A stretch of DNA of 64,000 nt from Thermoplasmatota archaeon (lineage in GTDB: Archaea > Thermoplasmatota > Poseidoniia > Poseidoniales > Thalassarchaeaceae), in NCBI GenBank assembly GCA_036336595.1, contig JAYZFV010000009.1, forward strand, positions 548-64,547. The letters are read 5' to 3'. The notes beneath the pieces were generated by a model. The model made no database searches, was not told where the DNA came from, and saw nothing but the letters and a program-made list of their open reading frames with translations. Shown piece after piece: positions 61,986 through 64,000 of the stretch; position 1 is the stretch's first letter, and each line of letters opens with the position of its first letter. The position numbers were made by a program, and so were the translations under genes.

Positions 61986-63038
61986 ATGGGCTTGCTAGGC
62001 AGAGTGGATGCCAAGAGTCTCACTGCTGGGCTAGTGGGAGTAACCTTGCTAGTGATGGTCATCGGTGGCGTTGTTCGAATCTACGATGCGGGCGAGTCGT
62101 GCCCCGATTGGCCCACCTGCTTCGGCACATGGGGCTTCAATGTGACAGAGGCTGATCAGCAGGCCTGGTACGAGGCAAACCCGGATGAGATCGACTCGCG
62201 GGGATCCAGCCATCGCTACACGAGTTTCCAGATCTTCACCGAGTGGTCTCACAGGCTCGTCGCAGGCTTCGTCCTCGGCCCGCTCGTGCTCGTGAACTGG
62301 TGGCTCCTCAGACAGGATGAGGACTTCGGCTCGGAGGTCAGGGTGGCTTCGACCGTCTCGGTAGCACTGATCCTCTGGCAAGGAGCCGTCGGCTGGTTGA
62401 CCGTGAGGATGGACAACGAGCATTGGAGCGTCGCCCTGCACCTCGGATCAGCCCTAGCATTCACCCTGAGTCTCGTTTGGGTGTGGCTAGCCGCATCCGA
62501 GGACCGTGGGGATAGCCCGGGATGGGTGGCTTTCGACCCTGTCGTAGCCTCTCAGTGGAGAGGGTGGCTCACTTGGCTGTCCATGGGTGCCTTCGTAACG
62601 CTGTTCTCTGGAACCTTCGTCTCGACGACGCCCGGTGCGAACTTCGGTTGCGGCGTCAGTGGAATGCCAGAATCCTGGCCGCTCTGCAATGGGGCACTCG
62701 CTGACTCAGTCGAGGATATCATCGCTCAGTCTCAGATGATTCACAGGTGGCTGGTAGTCATCGTCGAAGTCGCCCTCCTGGCGGCATCATACATTATCTG
62801 GAAGGAAATGGGGAACGAGCAGGGTGGCAGCACGCTGAGGAATTGGATCTGGAGCGCGACCGGCCTGTTCATCGCCAACGGACTGGTAGGGGGGCTGTAC
62901 ATCCTGTCCTGGGACACGAAGGACGGCTACCTCGAGTACCTCTCTCTGATTCACCTTCTGCTGGCATCACTGGCGTTCCTAGCCCTCGCCACAGCTTGGA
63001 TAGGGTCGACGATGGCCATTGACCGGAGGGGTTCCTGA
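61986..63038 (+). CDS. ctaA: Heme A synthase (CtaA/COX15)
   Basis: GESCPDWPTCFG motif, 8 TM helices, conserved His in the TM helices. Confidence 0.8.
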   Translation: MGLLGRVDAKSLTAGLVGVTLLVMVIGGVVRIYDAGESCPDWPTCFGTWGFNVTEADQQAWYEANPDEIDSRGSSHRYTSFQIFTEWSHRLVAGFVLGPLVLVNWWLLRQDEDFGSEVRVASTVSVALILWQGAVGWLTVRMDNEHWSVALHLGSALAFTLSLVWVWLAASEDRGDSPGWVAFDPVVASQWRGWLTWLSMGAFVTLFSGTFVSTTPGANFGCGVSGMPESWPLCNGALADSVEDIIAQSQMIHRWLVVIVEVALLAASYIIWKEMGNEQGGSTLRNWIWSATGLFIANGLVGGLYILSWDTKDGYLEYLSLIHLLLASLAFLALATAWIGSTMAIDRRGS

Positions 63039-64000
63039 TGATTGAGCTGGGTCCGTTCTTCGACCTCACCAAGCCCCGGGTGGTGTTTCTGCTCCAAATC
63101 ACCGCACTCTGCGCCGTTCTGGTTCACGATGTGCTGGATTCCGGGTTGAGCACCCGTTCTGCCGAGACGATGCTGATAGTGTTCGTCGGAGGCTACCTGA
63201 GTGCGGGAGGAGCCAACGCGATCAACATGTGGTACGACCGAGACATCGATCCCAAGATGTCCCGGACTGCCAACAGACCGATTCCATCGGGAGCCGTCTC
63301 TGCAAACGCGGCACTGGGATTCGGAATCGCCCTGTCGGTGCTTGGGGTGGCGTGGTTCGTTCTTCTTGCGAACCAAGTTGCCGCCTTCTGGTCGGCCTTC
63401 AGCATCCTGTTCTACGTTTTCGTCTACAGCATCTGGCTGAAGCGCAGTACGCCTCAGAACATAGTCATCGGTGGCATAGCCGGCGCGACGCCCCCCGTCA
63501 TAGGCTGGGCCGCAGCCGTAGAGGGGTTGAGCGTCTCCAGCGACTCTGCCGAATCGATGCTCGTATCGGTGTTCGACCTAGGCAGCCTGATGCCCTGGTT
63601 CATGTTCATACTGATCTTCCTGTGGACCCCCCCTCACTTCTGGGCGTTGGCACTGTACCGATCCAAGGAGTACGGAGAAGCCGGAATACCGATGATGCCC
63701 AATGTGAAGGGAGCGGAGCGGACCCTCTGGGAGATGAAAGTGTACGCCACGCTGCTGATAGCACTGTCAGTCGCTGCGCCGATGAGCTACGGCGGCTTGG
63801 ACGAGGGCGACAGCATCTACCACGTCCTTGGTTGGACGGTGGTGGGACTGAGCATCTGGTATGCCTCCACCGTGTGGAGGATCGACCTGGGGGAGCAGCC
63901 GGATCCCACCGGAAGAATCCCGAGCGCAGCCCGCTCCTTCTTCGTCTCTATGCTATACCTCGCAATGATGTTCATCGTGCTCGTGGCCGCGAGCTTCGGC
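63038..64000 (+). CDS. ctaB: Protoheme IX farnesyltransferase (heme O synthase), 3' end beyond the window
   Basis: The ATG overlaps the ctaA TGA (TGATG). LTKPRVVFLL and the UbiA motif NMWYDRDIDPKMSRTANRPIPSG are present. The frame is open to nt 64000. Confidence 0.85.
   Translation, partial: MIELGPFFDLTKPRVVFLLQITALCAVLVHDVLDSGLSTRSAETMLIVFVGGYLSAGGANAINMWYDRDIDPKMSRTANRPIPSGAVSANAALGFGIALSVLGVAWFVLLANQVAAFWSAFSILFYVFVYSIWLKRSTPQNIVIGGIAGATPPVIGWAAAVEGLSVSSDSAESMLVSVFDLGSLMPWFMFILIFLWTPPHFWALALYRSKEYGEAGIPMMPNVKGAERTLWEMKVYATLLIALSVAAPMSYGGLDEGDSIYHVLGWTVVGLSIWYASTVWRIDLGEQPDPTGRIPSAARSFFVSMLYLAMMFIVLVAASFG

Overview
The window reads as a high-GC archaeal chromosomal segment with some visibly AT-richer patches. 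I found about 49 protein genes and 3 tRNAs. I found no rRNA, CRISPR array, transposase or integrase.

Archaeal hallmarks seen directly in the translations:
- RNA polymerase subunit K/Rpo6
- a Gar1-like protein
- an NFACT/Rqc2 homologue
- an HTH_10 regulator
- the archaeal shikimate entry route: ADH synthase, DHQ synthase II, GHMP-type shikimate kinase and chorismate synthase, in one tightly overlapped operon

These sit next to bacterial-type gpsA, a bacterial-type thiolase, heme A genes (ctaA/ctaB), aconitase, a two-subunit 2-oxoacid:ferredoxin oxidoreductase, tryptophan 2,3-dioxygenase, a phosphonate ABC transporter and several very large secreted or anchored proteins. This mix resembles uncultured aerobic heterotrophic marine planktonic Euryarchaeota (Marine Group II/III-like). 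That placement is inference only, because no search was possible.

I do not see a clear-cut new defence-like or mobile system. The strongest candidates for follow-up are:
1. A 2,262-codon surface-protein reading frame interrupted by a single in-frame TAG inside a domain.
2. A 2,165-aa fusion of an S8 protease, two 7-bladed RCC1 propellers, ephrin-receptor-like Cys repeats and TSP3-like Ca-binding repeats. Its start codon and SD-like GGAGG lie next to or within a perfect 10-bp hairpin/palindrome. It is divergent from an uncharacterised membrane protein plus MacB-like ABC operon.
3. A shared C-terminal LPAxG + hydrophobic + basic sorting-signal-like motif on two secreted proteins.
4. Paired GGGTACCCTAAA palindromes in the phn divergent promoter.
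5. Arg/Gly-rich tails on a Gar1-like protein and on a retropepsin/EF-hand membrane protein.
6. An HcrCAB-like molybdo-flavoenzyme cluster with a Cys-rich insertion in the FAD subunit.

Limits: all functional calls rest on motifs I recognise by eye. Many ORF-track starts are GTG/TTG, so start coordinates are uncertain by tens of nucleotides.
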